From Candidatus Latescibacterota bacterium (GTDB lineage Bacteria > Latescibacterota > UBA2968 > UBA8231): a stretch of DNA of 64,000 nucleotides. The notes beneath the pieces were generated by a model. It was not told where the DNA came from. It saw only the letters and a program-made list of their open reading frames with translations, and did no database searches. The stretch is from assembly GCA_963422735.1 (NCBI GenBank), contig OY730476.1, forward strand, positions 2,016,001-2,080,000. The letters run 5' to 3'. Both the position numbers and the translations under genes were made by a program. Of this stretch, positions 42,732-53,900 are shown piece by piece (positions within the stretch are counted from its first letter, which is position 1; each line of letters starts with the position of its first letter).

Positions 42732-43912
42732 TATATCTCGCCTGGACGATAGTCCGGCGGCGGCATTTCCCGTTCGCTGAGCCACTGTGCCCGCCCAACC
42801 CGCGCTTGGATATATTGATAGTCATAGCTCGTGTCCGGAGCGGAGATGTTGCCCTGGGACGGGTATTGGGCAATCGCCTCCTCGACAAGGTCCACGCCCA
42901 GCCCAGGCGCATCCGGCACCGCGATATGGCTATCGACGATCTCGGGCTGGCCGGTCATCACCTCGTAGCGCTGCGGCACATCGTCGACTAGGTGCTCCAA
43001 GATCAGGAAGTTGGGCAGCGTGGCCATTAGATGCACGGCCGCCATTTCGGCCACCGGTCCCAACGAACCGTCGTGCGGGGCCACTGTGCAGTAGTGGGCC
43101 TCGGCCATAGCGGCGATCTTCTTCATCTGCCACAGGCCCCCAGCGCGGCCCGTATCGGGCTGTACCACATCGATGATTTCGCGCTCAATCAGCTCCTTTA
43201 CTCCCCAAATGGTGGCATGGCGTTCGCCCGCGGCAATGGGAATGTCCACTGCGTCGGCAACCCGAGCGAGGGCGTTGATGTTTTCAGGGGCTACAGGATC
43301 TTCGTAAAACAGCAGGTCGTAGTCTTCAAGCGCGTGGCCCAAGGCAATGGCGTCGCGCGTCGTCAGCCAAGGCGGTCCGTGGACATCAACCATGATATCC
43401 ACCTCGTCGCCGACCTCTTTGCGGATGGCGGCAACCGTCTCGACGCAGTTTTTGATTCCCCCGGTCTTTATCGCCGTATAGCCTTGATCGACCAAGGCTC
43501 GTGCCCGCTCTTTCTCGTGCGCGTGAGCATAGACCCGCACCTGGTCACGCATCTTGCCGCCGAGGAGGTTCCACACCGGCTGCCCGAGGGCCTTGCCCTT
43601 GATGTCCCAGAGGGCCATCTCAATGCCGGTCATGGCACCAGAGCCGACGATGCCGGTCATGCCGTGGCCCATCATCGCCACCTGCATCTTGCCCCACAGC
43701 CGCTCAATGTGGAAGGGGTCCTCACCGATCATCAAAGGCGTCAGGTCGTGGATGGCCGTCTCGACCACGCGCGGCCACCCCGAGGCCTCGCCCACGCCGT
43801 AGATGCCTGCGTCAGTCTCGATCTTGACAAAGAGCCAGTTGCGTGCTGACCAACCGCTCGCCTCCGGGGGTGCGCACTGCATCAAATAGGTCTTGATCTG
43901 GGTAATTTTCAT
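42728..43912 (-). CDS. Mandelate racemase/galactonate dehydratase-like enolase-superfamily enzyme
   Basis: WLFVKIETD, ALWDIKGK, DVHG, YEDP, AGER, QPD, APH. Confidence 0.85.
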   Translation of the reverse strand: MKITQIKTYLMQCAPPEASGWSARNWLFVKIETDAGIYGVGEASGWPRVVETAIHDLTPLMIGEDPFHIERLWGKMQVAMMGHGMTGIVGSGAMTGIEMALWDIKGKALGQPVWNLLGGKMRDQVRVYAHAHEKERARALVDQGYTAIKTGGIKNCVETVAAIRKEVGDEVDIMVDVHGPPWLTTRDAIALGHALEDYDLLFYEDPVAPENINALARVADAVDIPIAAGERHATIWGVKELIEREIIDVVQPDTGRAGGLWQMKKIAAMAEAHYCTVAPHDGSLGPVAEMAAVHLMATLPNFLILEHLVDDVPQRYEVMTGQPEIVDSHIAVPDAPGLGVDLVEEAIAQYPSQGNISAPDTSYDYQYIQARVGRAQWLSEREMPPPDYRPGEIY

Positions 43913-43994
43913 AGCGATCTCCCCGCGTTGCGATGGAGCGACAAGTATAAGCCATAGAGCGAAATCAATCCATTGCCAGCACCCCGTGCGCAGA

Positions 43995-44023
43995 TTGACA
44001 GGCATATTTTCAATACTTAGCTT
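43995..44023 (+). promoter_or_regulatory. Putative sigma70 promoter
   Basis: TTGACA-17 nt-TAGCTT upstream of the polyprenyl synthetase. Confidence 0.55.
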
Positions 44024-44072
44024 CTAAATTTTCTATTTGTTTAGCGATTTAATTCTGACAGATGTATTTCTC

Positions 44073-45041
44073 ATGGATCCCTGCATAGGTTTGATCGATC
44101 AAGAACTGGCCCGGTTTGAAAAGCGGCTCAACGCCGAACTCAACGCCGATGTCGAGTTGGTCCACGTCATTGCCCGCTACATGGCCACGCTCAAGGGCAA
44201 GCGCCTCCGGCCGGCCCTCATCTTGCTCGTGGCTAAAGCGTCTGGCGACTGGAACGAACAGCTAATCGACACGGCCGTGGCCGTCGAAATGATTCACGCC
44301 GCCACCATGGCCCACGATGACGTAGTGGACTCAGCGACCGTGCGCCGGGGCCGAGAGACGGTAAACGAGCGCTGGACCGGGCAGATAGCAGTACTTATGG
44401 GCGACTTTCTCCTTGCGCGTGCGTTGCGCCTACTGATCGGGGTTGGCAATCTGCAGGTCCTGAGCGTAGTCGCGCACGCTACTGAGCGGCTGAGCATGGG
44501 CGAAATATTTGAAATCCAGATCGGCACTCAATGCGATACGAGCGAAGAATCGTACTTTGCCATGGTCAGCGACAAGACGGCTTCCCTGATGTCGGCCGCA
44601 GCGCGGATTGGCGCGATCCTCTCTGGCGCATCGGACGAGGTAGTGCAATCCATGGGGCGCTATGGAGAGTCGCTCGGCCGCGCTTTCCAAGTCGCCGATG
44701 ACATACTCGACCTCACTAGCGATCAGGCGACCATGGGTAAGCCCGTCGGACACGACCTGCGCGAAGGCAAGATCACCTTGCCGTTGATACGCGCCTTACA
44801 GCAAGCCCCCTCAGGAGCGCGGGCCGAGATGGAGGCTCTTTTGGCTCAGCCGAACAAGGACGAGGCCGACTGGAAGCAGATCGTGGCCTTTGTCGACGAG
44901 CACCAAGGGGTCGCCGCCGCCACCGAGACCGCGCACGAATACGCTGCCCACGCTCAGGAATGCTTAGAGGTACTAGCCCCTTCCCCGGCCCGCGCAGTGC
45001 TAGAACGAGCCGTACAACTCGTCGTCGAACGCAACAATTGA
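44073..45041 (+). CDS. Long-chain polyprenyl diphosphate synthase (IspB/HepT-like)
   Basis: GKRLRP, HDDVVD..RRG, KTA, FQVADDILD, GK..G.DLREGK. Confidence 0.93.
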   Translation: MDPCIGLIDQELARFEKRLNAELNADVELVHVIARYMATLKGKRLRPALILLVAKASGDWNEQLIDTAVAVEMIHAATMAHDDVVDSATVRRGRETVNERWTGQIAVLMGDFLLARALRLLIGVGNLQVLSVVAHATERLSMGEIFEIQIGTQCDTSEESYFAMVSDKTASLMSAAARIGAILSGASDEVVQSMGRYGESLGRAFQVADDILDLTSDQATMGKPVGHDLREGKITLPLIRALQQAPSGARAEMEALLAQPNKDEADWKQIVAFVDEHQGVAAATETAHEYAAHAQECLEVLAPSPARAVLERAVQLVVERNN

Positions 45042-45053
45042 CGCGACCAGCCC

Positions 45054-46091
45054 ATGCTCAAGCGCAGTCTGCTGGCCGTAGGCGGTTTGGCCGTGGTCCT
45101 GTACTTTCTGCCATCGCCCCGGCCCGCCGCGCCGGTGCGCGCAGACCGCCTCTTGTTGGGAACCCTCGTCACGGTCAAGCTCTACGGAGACGAAGCAGTG
45201 GTTCGACCGCACCTAGAGGCGGCGTACGCGGAGATCGTTCGCGTCGATTCGTTGATGAGCCACTACCGCAAGGACGGAGCATTGCGGCGGCTGGAACAGC
45301 AGGCGCGGCTCGCTCCAACGCGCGGCTCGGCCGGGCTGATTGCGGTCTTGACGCGCAGCCAGTATTTCGCCGCGTTGACAGATGGAGCTTTTGACTGCAC
45401 GGTGGGGGCGTTGACGAGTCTGTGGGACTTCCCTGACGCGGTAGTGCCGCCTGCCCCGGCGCAGATTGATTCGGCACTGGCACTAGTGGGCTACGAAGGG
45501 TTGGACGTTGCGGTCCAGTCTTTTCGGATCAACAGGCCGGAGTTGCAGTTGGATCTGGGGGCGGCAGCCAAGGGCTACGCAGTTGATCAAGCCGTGGCGG
45601 CGATGCAGGAGCTAGGGGTGGAGGCCGGGGTGATCGAGGCCGGGGGCGATATTCGCTATTGGGGCGAAAAGCCAGACGGTCGGCCTTGGCTCTTTGGGGT
45701 CCAGCACCCGCGCACCTCAGAGCAATACATAACAGTAGAGGACCTCGGGCTCGCGGCGATCGCGACCTCCGGTGACTACGAGCAATACTTTGATTGGGAA
45801 GGCGAGCGCTATCACCACTTGCTTGACCCCAAGACCGGCTATCCAGCGCGGGCGTGCATAAGCGCCACCGTGTGGTCTGCGAATGCTCTGGACGCCGACA
45901 TCCTCTCGACTGCGGTCTTCGTCTTGGGGCCCGACCAAGGGCTCGCGCTCGTCGAGGGCCTAACGAATGTCGAAGGCTTCATTTTCTTTGAGCGAGACGG
46001 GCAGCTCATGCACCGGGCTTCAACCGGGATGCGCGGCCGCTTTCGCTTTTGCAATAGCAGCAAACTTTCGCCGGGCTGCGCCCGGCAATAG
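45054..46091 (+). CDS. apbE: FAD:protein FMN transferase
   Basis: GAFD.TVG, DLGAAAKGYAVD, AGGD, ATSGDYE, HHLLDP.TG. Confidence 0.93.
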   Translation: MLKRSLLAVGGLAVVLYFLPSPRPAAPVRADRLLLGTLVTVKLYGDEAVVRPHLEAAYAEIVRVDSLMSHYRKDGALRRLEQQARLAPTRGSAGLIAVLTRSQYFAALTDGAFDCTVGALTSLWDFPDAVVPPAPAQIDSALALVGYEGLDVAVQSFRINRPELQLDLGAAAKGYAVDQAVAAMQELGVEAGVIEAGGDIRYWGEKPDGRPWLFGVQHPRTSEQYITVEDLGLAAIATSGDYEQYFDWEGERYHHLLDPKTGYPARACISATVWSANALDADILSTAVFVLGPDQGLALVEGLTNVEGFIFFERDGQLMHRASTGMRGRFRFCNSSKLSPGCARQ

Positions 46092-46109
46092 TGGAGTAAA
46101 GACAAATTT

Positions 46110-48629
46110 ATGAAACGCAACCGGAAACTCGTGCTGATCGTGGCACTAATCGCCGCCGCAGTGTACTACTTGCTGCCGAGCGCGGAATTCTATCGCATGA
46201 CGGACGACCAGAGAGAGGCCATGGATATGAAGGCCCCCGAGCAGCTCGCCGATCTGAAAAAGCGCTCGCTCAACTTGGGGCTGGATTTGCAAGGCGGCAT
46301 CCACCTCGTCCTAGAGGTCAAGACCGGAGGGATGGAGCAGCAGGAGGCCCAAGATGCGGTCGCCCAAGCACAGGAAGTCATCCGCAACCGCGTCGATCAG
46401 TTCGGGGTGGCTGAGCCGACCATCCAGCGCCAAGGGGACAACCGCATCATCATCGAGTTGCCCGGCGTACAGGATGTGCAGCGCGCCAAGGATCTAGTGG
46501 GCCAGACCGCGCTCCTCGAATTCCAGCTTCTCGAACCCTCTGAAGACCGCACCCGCCTGATCCAGCGCATCGACCAAGTGCTAGCTCCTCAAAAAGAAGA
46601 GGAAGAGGAAGAAGACCTCCTCCTTTCCTCTACACAAGAAAGTGCCCCCCTTTCCTCCATGCTCAGCCTCGCCGGCGAGGACCTCACGGTCTCGGGCCGC
46701 GACTTGCAGCGCGTCAAGAACTTGCTCCACACCCCAGAGGCTCAAGAGCTCATCCCCACAGACATGGAATTTCTCTTTTCGAGTAAGCCCGCCGGGGCCG
46801 AGGGCAATGAGTTCTACTTTCTCTACTTGGTGCGCAAGAAGCCGGAGATGACCGGGCACATGATCCAGGATGCCTTTGTCTCTATCGGCCAAGTAGTAGA
46901 GTACATGGGCCAGCCTATCGTCAATTTCTCGACCACCGACGAAGGGGTGCGGCTCTTCAGCCGCATTACGGGCGTGCACGTCGGCGAGCGCATGGCCATC
47001 GTCCTCGACGAATCGGTGTACTCGGCCCCGGTCATCCAGAACAAAATCAGCGAAGGTCGAGGCATCATCACCGGCAGCGGCACCCAAGAAGAGGCCAAAG
47101 ACCTCGCCATCGTGCTGCGGGCTGGCGCACTACCGGCCGAGGTCGAGATCATCGAAGACCGCACGGTCGGCCCCTCGCTTGGGCGCGACTCGATCGAGCA
47201 AGGCAAAACCGCAGCGATCTACAGCATGGTTTTGATAGTGATCTTCATGGTCCTCTACTACCGAGCGGCCGGGCTAATCGCCGACTTCGCCCTCCTGCTC
47301 AACATGCTCTTCATCATGGCGGTATTAGCCGGTTTTCACGCCACCCTGACCCTGCCCGGCATTGCCGGCATCATCCTGACCATCGGCATGGCCGTCGATG
47401 CCAATGTGCTGATCTTCGAACGCATCCGCGAAGAACTGCGTTCGGGCAAGACCGGCCGTGCGGCCATAGATTCCGGCTACGGCCGCGCACTCTCGGCCAT
47501 CATCGACGCCAATGTGACCACGTTTCTAGTCGGCATTGTGCTCTATCAGTTCGGCACCGGGCCAATTCGCGGTTTTGCCTTGACCCTGTGCATCGGCATC
47601 ATCTCCAGCCTCTTTACGGCCTTCTTCGTGACCCGCACAATTTTCGATCTGATCACCCGGAAGTCGCAGCAATCGACCTTGAGCATCGGACCAGTTGGGC
47701 TTTTCTCCAACCTGAACATCCGCTTCCTCTCGTTGCGCAACATTGGCTTTGGTGCCTCGGCGGCCGTGCTGCTTCTCGGCGGCGTCTCCATTTTGGGCAT
47801 CAATGGCATCCGGCCGGGCATCGACTTTGCTGGCGGCACCTTGCTGGAGTTGCACTTCGATCCAGCCGTACAAGTCGAGGATATCCGCGGCCAGCTAGGT
47901 CGCGTTCCCGTGGGCGATGCCGAGCTCGACCTGAGCAAGAGCGAGATCAAGCAGTTCGGATCGGAAAACGACATCCTCATCCGCGTCAGCGAGAGCGGGG
48001 CAGGTACCGAAGTGGCCGACGGCATTATGGGGGTTCTCAAGTCCGGATTTGCCGCCAATATCGCGGAGATGGAGTGGATTCGGCGCCAAGAAAAGGTAGG
48101 CCCCAAAATCGGCAGCGAACTGAGCAGCGCGGCCGTGCGCGCGGTGCTGGTGGCACTGGGGCTGATTCTGATCTACATGGCTTTGCGCTTCCACCGCTTC
48201 CTCTACGGGATCGCCGCAGTCGTCGCGCTCTTCCACGACGTGCTCATCACCCTCGGGTTGCTCTCGCTCTTCAACATTGAGATTACCCTCGCGGTGGTCG
48301 CCGCCCTGCTGGCTATTGTCGGCTACTCGCTCAACGACACGATTGTGGTCTTCGACCGCATCCGCGAAAACCTGCATACAGCCCGCCGACAGGGCTTTGA
48401 CGGCACGGTCAACCAGAGCATCAACGAGTGCCTGAGCCGCACACTGATCACCTCGGTGACGACCCTCTTGGCGGTGCTGGTGCTGATGAGCTTTGGCGGC
48501 GAGGTCAACCGCGACTTCACCATCACCTTGATGATCGGCGTCGTTATCGGCACCTATTCGTCTATATTCGTCGCTAGCCCAGTGCTCTACTTAGGCCAAC
48601 AGCGGACCGCTGCCAAAGGGGGCGACTAA
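46110..48629 (+). CDS. secDF: Fused protein translocase subunit SecDF
   Basis: LGLDLQGG, RVDQFGVAEP, LRAGALPA, VDANVLIFERIREE, GIDFAGG, GYSLNDTIVVFDRIRE. Confidence 0.96.
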   Translation: MKRNRKLVLIVALIAAAVYYLLPSAEFYRMTDDQREAMDMKAPEQLADLKKRSLNLGLDLQGGIHLVLEVKTGGMEQQEAQDAVAQAQEVIRNRVDQFGVAEPTIQRQGDNRIIIELPGVQDVQRAKDLVGQTALLEFQLLEPSEDRTRLIQRIDQVLAPQKEEEEEEDLLLSSTQESAPLSSMLSLAGEDLTVSGRDLQRVKNLLHTPEAQELIPTDMEFLFSSKPAGAEGNEFYFLYLVRKKPEMTGHMIQDAFVSIGQVVEYMGQPIVNFSTTDEGVRLFSRITGVHVGERMAIVLDESVYSAPVIQNKISEGRGIITGSGTQEEAKDLAIVLRAGALPAEVEIIEDRTVGPSLGRDSIEQGKTAAIYSMVLIVIFMVLYYRAAGLIADFALLLNMLFIMAVLAGFHATLTLPGIAGIILTIGMAVDANVLIFERIREELRSGKTGRAAIDSGYGRALSAIIDANVTTFLVGIVLYQFGTGPIRGFALTLCIGIISSLFTAFFVTRTIFDLITRKSQQSTLSIGPVGLFSNLNIRFLSLRNIGFGASAAVLLLGGVSILGINGIRPGIDFAGGTLLELHFDPAVQVEDIRGQLGRVPVGDAELDLSKSEIKQFGSENDILIRVSESGAGTEVADGIMGVLKSGFAANIAEMEWIRRQEKVGPKIGSELSSAAVRAVLVALGLILIYMALRFHRFLYGIAAVVALFHDVLITLGLLSLFNIEITLAVVAALLAIVGYSLNDTIVVFDRIRENLHTARRQGFDGTVNQSINECLSRTLITSVTTLLAVLVLMSFGGEVNRDFTITLMIGVVIGTYSSIFVASPVLYLGQQRTAAKGGD

Positions 48630-48657
48630 AGCCAGCCAGGCGGGACCGCCTCTCGCC

Positions 48658-49869
48658 ATGAAAACGATAGTAGTAGCTATCTTTGTCCTGCTCTTGATCT
48701 ACTACGGGCCGCCACAGGATCGCTCCAGCCCCTTTGACGCCGCGTGGATGCTAGGTGCACTGGCCCTCTTGACCGCGGCTGGAGGCCAACTGGCGCAGGC
48801 GATTCGCCTGCCGGCGCTGGTGGGGTGGATCGGGGCCGGGATGTTGCTGGGCACCGGCGGCTTACAGCTCGTCGATCTAGACGCGTTCTCCCTGCACCAA
48901 ATGCTCTTCCTCACGGCGGGCCTCGGGGTCGGATTCCAAGTGGGGCTGCACGTGGTATGGCCAACGCACACTTGGCGCACGCTGGGGTTGGTAGCGGCGA
49001 TGACCGCGCTGGTTTTTGCCGCCGTGACGACGACCACCGCACTGCTCGGGCTGCCTTGGGAGCAGGCCGTACTCCTCGGCGCATTGGCCAGCTTGTGGGG
49101 GCCTTTCACCGGTGTGCCGGAATTTGGACGGCGCGGTGCGCTGGTGCTAGCCGTGTTGGGAGCGGGCTGCGCCCTCGTGGCGTTAGGGGGCGCACTGGTC
49201 TTCCTCGAAACCGGGGCTGCGGGATGGGTCGGGAGCGTCGGCCTGTCGCTTGTGGCCGGCGGCGGGCTGGGGCTGGGGCTGCGCCTTTTAGGGCGGTTCG
49301 CCACCCCAAGCGCGACCCTAGTCTCCGGCCTAGTGGGGGCTTTTTTCTTAGCAGCTCTCGCGCTGGAAGCCCTCGGGCTTATGGCGCTGCCCTGCGGGCT
49401 TATCGCCGGACTCGTGCAGGACAAACAACAAAGCCGCCGCGTGCGGTTGCTGCTGCATCGGGGGGCGCCGGTGGCTTTCATGCTCTTTTTCGCACTCGTG
49501 GGAACCGCGCTCGACCTCGGCGCACTGTGGCCTCCCGCGGCCGGGCTGTACGAGACCGCGCTCGTGCTGGTGGCCGTGCCGCTGCTTTTGCGAGGGTTGG
49601 CTCCCATGGCGTACTACCCGCTGCCCGGCCCCCATCCAGGGCGGCGCATTGGCTGGCGGCTCCTGCCGCGCGGCGCGTTGCTGTTCGAGTTGTTCTGCGG
49701 CTCGCACGGGCTGGCTTCCTACATAGAGGCCGAGGGTCTGTTGGCGCAGGCCGTGCTCTTGGACATTCTCTTTTCGACCCTGCTCTTCTCCTCCTTGGCG
49801 TCGCTCGTAGATGCGAGCCTTTTCGCGCTGGAAAAGGCCCAATCCTCAGAAGACAGCGCGGCGGCGTGA
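48658..49869 (+). CDS. Polytopic membrane protein, cation:proton antiporter (CPA)-like
   Basis: About 12 hydrophobic segments; LPALVGWIGAGMLLG, FFALVG..LDL, LLPRG resemble CPA2 motifs. Confidence 0.55.
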   Translation: MKTIVVAIFVLLLIYYGPPQDRSSPFDAAWMLGALALLTAAGGQLAQAIRLPALVGWIGAGMLLGTGGLQLVDLDAFSLHQMLFLTAGLGVGFQVGLHVVWPTHTWRTLGLVAAMTALVFAAVTTTTALLGLPWEQAVLLGALASLWGPFTGVPEFGRRGALVLAVLGAGCALVALGGALVFLETGAAGWVGSVGLSLVAGGGLGLGLRLLGRFATPSATLVSGLVGAFFLAALALEALGLMALPCGLIAGLVQDKQQSRRVRLLLHRGAPVAFMLFFALVGTALDLGALWPPAAGLYETALVLVAVPLLLRGLAPMAYYPLPGPHPGRRIGWRLLPRGALLFELFCGSHGLASYIEAEGLLAQAVLLDILFSTLLFSSLASLVDASLFALEKAQSSEDSAAA

Positions 49870-49933
49870 GCACGCCGCTGCTCGTTTGTGTCCAACTAGG
49901 CTGACTTGTATCTTTAATGGTCTAACATTTTGC

Positions 49934-50626
49934 ATGGACCACATCCGCGACAACTGGGAATTGCTGTGCGCTCGCATCGAGCGGGCGGCCGAGCGCAGCG
50001 GGCGCACGGCAAGCGCGATTGAGGTCGTCGCCGTTAGTAAAACGCGCAGCGCACGCGAAATCGAAGCGGCTTACGCCTGCGGCTTGCGCTTCGTGGGCGA
50101 AAACCGCATCCAAGAAGCAGCGGCCAAGCGCACGCAAGTCGCCGCACCCCTAGCTTGGCACTTCGTCGGTCACTTGCAGACGAATAAAGCTGGGCGGGCC
50201 GTTGAGCTTTTCGACCTCGTGCACTCGGTTGATTCTGCGCGGCTAGCGAGGGCACTCAGCCGCCGAGCTGGGCAGACCGGCCGCACCATTGAGGTGCTCT
50301 TGCAGGTAAACACGTCCGGCAGCCTGAGCCAAGCCGGAGTGGCACCCGACCAGCTCGTCGATCTAGTCGCAGCCCTCGCGCCGCTGTCGCACTTGCGGAT
50401 TCGCGGCCTGATGACCATTGCCGCCCACAGCGAGGACGAGGGCACAGTCCGGGGCTGCTTTCGGACCTTGCGCGAGCTCGGCGAAAAAGTTGCCGAGTGC
50501 GAATTTGCGGATGTGTCCATGGACTATCTGTCCATGGGCATGAGCGGCGATTTTGAACTCGCCATAGCCGAAGGGGCCAATCTGTTGCGCATCGGCACGG
50601 CGATATTCGGCCCGCGGCCGACCTGA
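49934..50626 (+). CDS. yggS: PLP homeostasis protein YggS
   Basis: VAVSKT, GENRIQE, WHFVGHLQTNK, HSVDS, GLMT, LSMGMSGD, RIGTAIFG. Confidence 0.95.
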   Translation: MDHIRDNWELLCARIERAAERSGRTASAIEVVAVSKTRSAREIEAAYACGLRFVGENRIQEAAAKRTQVAAPLAWHFVGHLQTNKAGRAVELFDLVHSVDSARLARALSRRAGQTGRTIEVLLQVNTSGSLSQAGVAPDQLVDLVAALAPLSHLRIRGLMTIAAHSEDEGTVRGCFRTLRELGEKVAECEFADVSMDYLSMGMSGDFELAIAEGANLLRIGTAIFGPRPT

Positions 50627-50642
50627 TACACAGGAGATAATC

Positions 50643-50936
50643 GTGTTCGATTACGGCGGTTTCTTTACAGACATCAAGAGCCTCCTCATCGCCCTCATCG
50701 AGATCTACAGCTATGTAGTCCTCATCCGGGTGCTGATCTCGTGGTTCAACCCCAACCCCCACAACCCGCTCGTCCAATTCCTGCGCGGCATCACTGATCC
50801 GGCCCTCGATACAGTGCGCTCCTTCTTGCCGAGGTTTTTTTGGTCAACCGGAATAGACTTTACGCCGATAGTCTTGTTTTTCTTGCTCAAGCTCGTCGTC
50901 GTCTTCCTCCACAATATCTTTCCTGTAGCCGAATGA
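50643..50936 (+). CDS. yggT: YggT family membrane protein
   Basis: RVLISW..P...P..FL..ITDP, IDFTPI. Confidence 0.9.
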   Translation: MFDYGGFFTDIKSLLIALIEIYSYVVLIRVLISWFNPNPHNPLVQFLRGITDPALDTVRSFLPRFFWSTGIDFTPIVLFFLLKLVVVFLHNIFPVAE

Positions 50937-53900
50937 GCATGGTGCCCCAAACCCCTTTTGCCCCGGTTCCGTCCCAAGTGGACTTTCCCGCTCAGGAGCG
51001 CCGCATTCTCGAATTCTGGCGCGACGGCGACCTGTATCGCAAATCCGTTGATGCCCGTTCCGTCGAGCGGCCCTTTCGCTTCTACGACGGGCCGCCCTTT
51101 GCAACTGGACTGCCCCACTACGGACACCTGCTGGCGTCCATCACCAAGGACGTGGTCCCCCGCTACTGGACGATGCGCGGGTACCGAGTGGAACGCCGCT
51201 GGGGCTGGGACTGCCACGGCCTACCCGTCGAAAACGAAGCCGAGCAGCAGCTCGGGCTCCGGTCTCGGCGCGACATTCTCGAATACGGCGTGTCCCAGTT
51301 CAACGAGGCTTGCCGAGACTTGGTGCTGCACTACACGGCCGAGTGGCAGAGGCTGATCGAGCGACTGGGGCGCTGGGTTGATTGGGACAACCAGTACCGG
51401 ACGATGGACCCCGATTTTATGGAGTCCGTCTGGTGGGTGTTCAAGTCGCTGTGGGACAAGGGGCTTATATATGAGGGCTACAAGTCCCTCGCCTACTGTC
51501 CCCGCTGCGCCACACCGCTGTCGAACTTCGAGGTCAATCAGGGCTACCAAGACACTCAGGATCCGTCGATTACGGTGCGCTTCCGCGTCGCCGACGAACA
51601 GCGCCTGTCCCTGCTCGCTTGGACGACGACCCCGTGGACTCTGCCCTCCAACATGGGCTTGGCCGTCGGCTGCAACATCGACTACGTGCGCGTCACCACC
51701 CGCGACGGGGAGCAGTCGATCCTCGCCGCTTCCCTCGTCGAAAGCATCTTCCGCCGACACGACAGCGAAGTCGCCGAGGTAACGCCGGTCGCCATTGAAG
51801 ACCTCGTTGGGCTCCGCTACGAGCCTTTGTTCGACTACTTCGCCGACCGCGCCGAAGAGGGTGCTTTCCGCGTAGTAACAGCCGATTTCGTGTCCACCGA
51901 CGACGGCACTGGCATCGTCCACATTGCCCCGGGGTTCGGCGAGGACGATTACCAACTCGGTCTGGCCGAGGGCTTGCCCGTGGTTTGCCCCATCGACGCC
52001 GACTGCTGCTTCACCGACGAGATCCCGGACTTTGCGGGTGCTTTTGTGAAGGACACCGATACGCCCATCATCCGCCGCTTGCGCGCCTCTGGTCAGCTAT
52101 TCTCCGAAGGCTCTATCGAGCACTCGTACCCTTTCTGCTGGCGCTGCGACTCGCCCCTCATCTACCGCACGATCTCCACTTGGTTCGTGAAAATCGAAGG
52201 CGAGGTGAAGGAGAAGATGCTCGCCGCCAATCAGCAGATCTGGTGGATTCCCGAGCACATCCGCGATGGCCGCTTCGGCAAGGGCGTTGAGTCGGCACCG
52301 GACTGGGCCATCAGCCGCAACCGCTACTGGGGAACGCCACTGCCGATCTGGCGCAACGAGGAGACGGGCGAAGCCGCGTGCATCGGCAGCCGCCAGGAGT
52401 TGCGCGAACTCACCGGACGCGACGTCGATGACCTGCACAAGCACTTCATCGACGACCTCGAGATTCCGGCGCCGTCCGGGAACGGCTCTCTGCGGCGCGT
52501 ACCCGAAGTCCTCGACTGTTGGTTCGAGTCTGGGTCCATGCCGTACGCGCAGAACCACTACCCCTTCGGTCGGCGTGCGGACTTCGAGGCCTCTTTCCCG
52601 GCCGACTTCATCTCCGAGAACCTCGATATGACCCGCGGGTGGTTCTACACCCTGACGATCCTAGCTGCGGCCCTGTTCGACAAGCCGGCTTTCCACAACT
52701 GCATCGTCGGCGGCATGCTGCTAGCCGCCGACGGACGCAAGCTGAGCAAGCGCTTGAAAAACTATCCCGATCCGGCTGAGATGCTCGATACCTACGGTGC
52801 CGACGCTTTGCGCCTCTACCTGCTCAACTCGCCGGCCATGAAGGCCGAGGAGATGCGCCTTACCGAAGAGGGCATTAAGCAGAGCCTGCGCGATGTCATC
52901 ATTCCCTTGTGGAATGCCTATAGCTTCTTTGTTACCTACGCGGCCATTGACGGTTGGACGCCAGACGAGGGCCGTGTGCAGACGCTGGACCACCGCCTCG
53001 ACCGGTGGATTCTTTCGGAGTTGCAGACCTTGCTCCGCGATCTCAACGCCGAAATGGAAGCCTACCGGCTCTACCGCACAGTGCCAGCGATGGTGGCCTT
53101 TATCGAGAAGCTGACCAACTGGTACATCCGCCGCAGCCGCCGCCGCTTCTGGAAGTCCGAGGACGACCAAGACAAGGCGGCCGCGTACGACACGCTCTAT
53201 CGAGTGCTGGTGACTTTCATCAAAGCCCTAGCGCCGGTCTTGCCCTTTATCACCGAGATTATCTACCAGAACTTGGTGCGCCGCGTGGATGCCGAGGCAC
53301 CCGCAAGCGTCCATCTGTGCGACATGCCGCAGGCCGACGAGTACTTGCGCGACGCCTCCTTAGAGCAGCAAATGGAACTGGCGACGCGAGCCGTGGTCTT
53401 GGGCCGCTCGCTGCGCAGCAAGCACGCGCTCAAAGTGCGCCAGCCGCTGCGGTACCTCTGGCTTTTGCCCCCCAACGAACACAGCCGCCACGGGCTGGAA
53501 CAGATGACCGACCTGCTAGCCGACGAGCTCAACGTCAAAGAAGTAGTGCTGGTGGAGGATGAGACCGAATTTAGCGAGGTCTCCTACCGGCCCGACTTCC
53601 GCGCCTTAGGGCCGCGCTTCGGCAAGCGGATGCCAGAAGTCGCCAGCCGCATCCAAGCCCTAACGGCTGCGGATGTACACCTCCTCGAGAACGGTGGCCA
53701 ACTCTCCGTAGCTGGCGGCGAGATCGGGCTGGCCGACATCGCCGTGCAGCGCCGAGAGAAAGAGGGCGTGGTGGTAGCCCTCGACAACAACCTCGGGGTG
53801 GGGCTAGACATCCAGCTCGACAACGAACTGATCGCCGAATGCACGGCACGCGAGTTCATCAACCGCGTACAGAACATGCGCAAAGACGCCGGGCTGGACG

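Noticed and set aside
46590-46620. Poly-Glu/GAA-rich tract in secDF
   Set aside because: Low-complexity periplasmic linker with frame intact
48702-49904. Long overlapping alternative ORFs (301 aa minus, 386 aa plus) and similar shadow ORFs throughout
   Set aside because: Ala/Arg/Pro-rich translations typical of high-GC shadow frames, with no recognisable motifs
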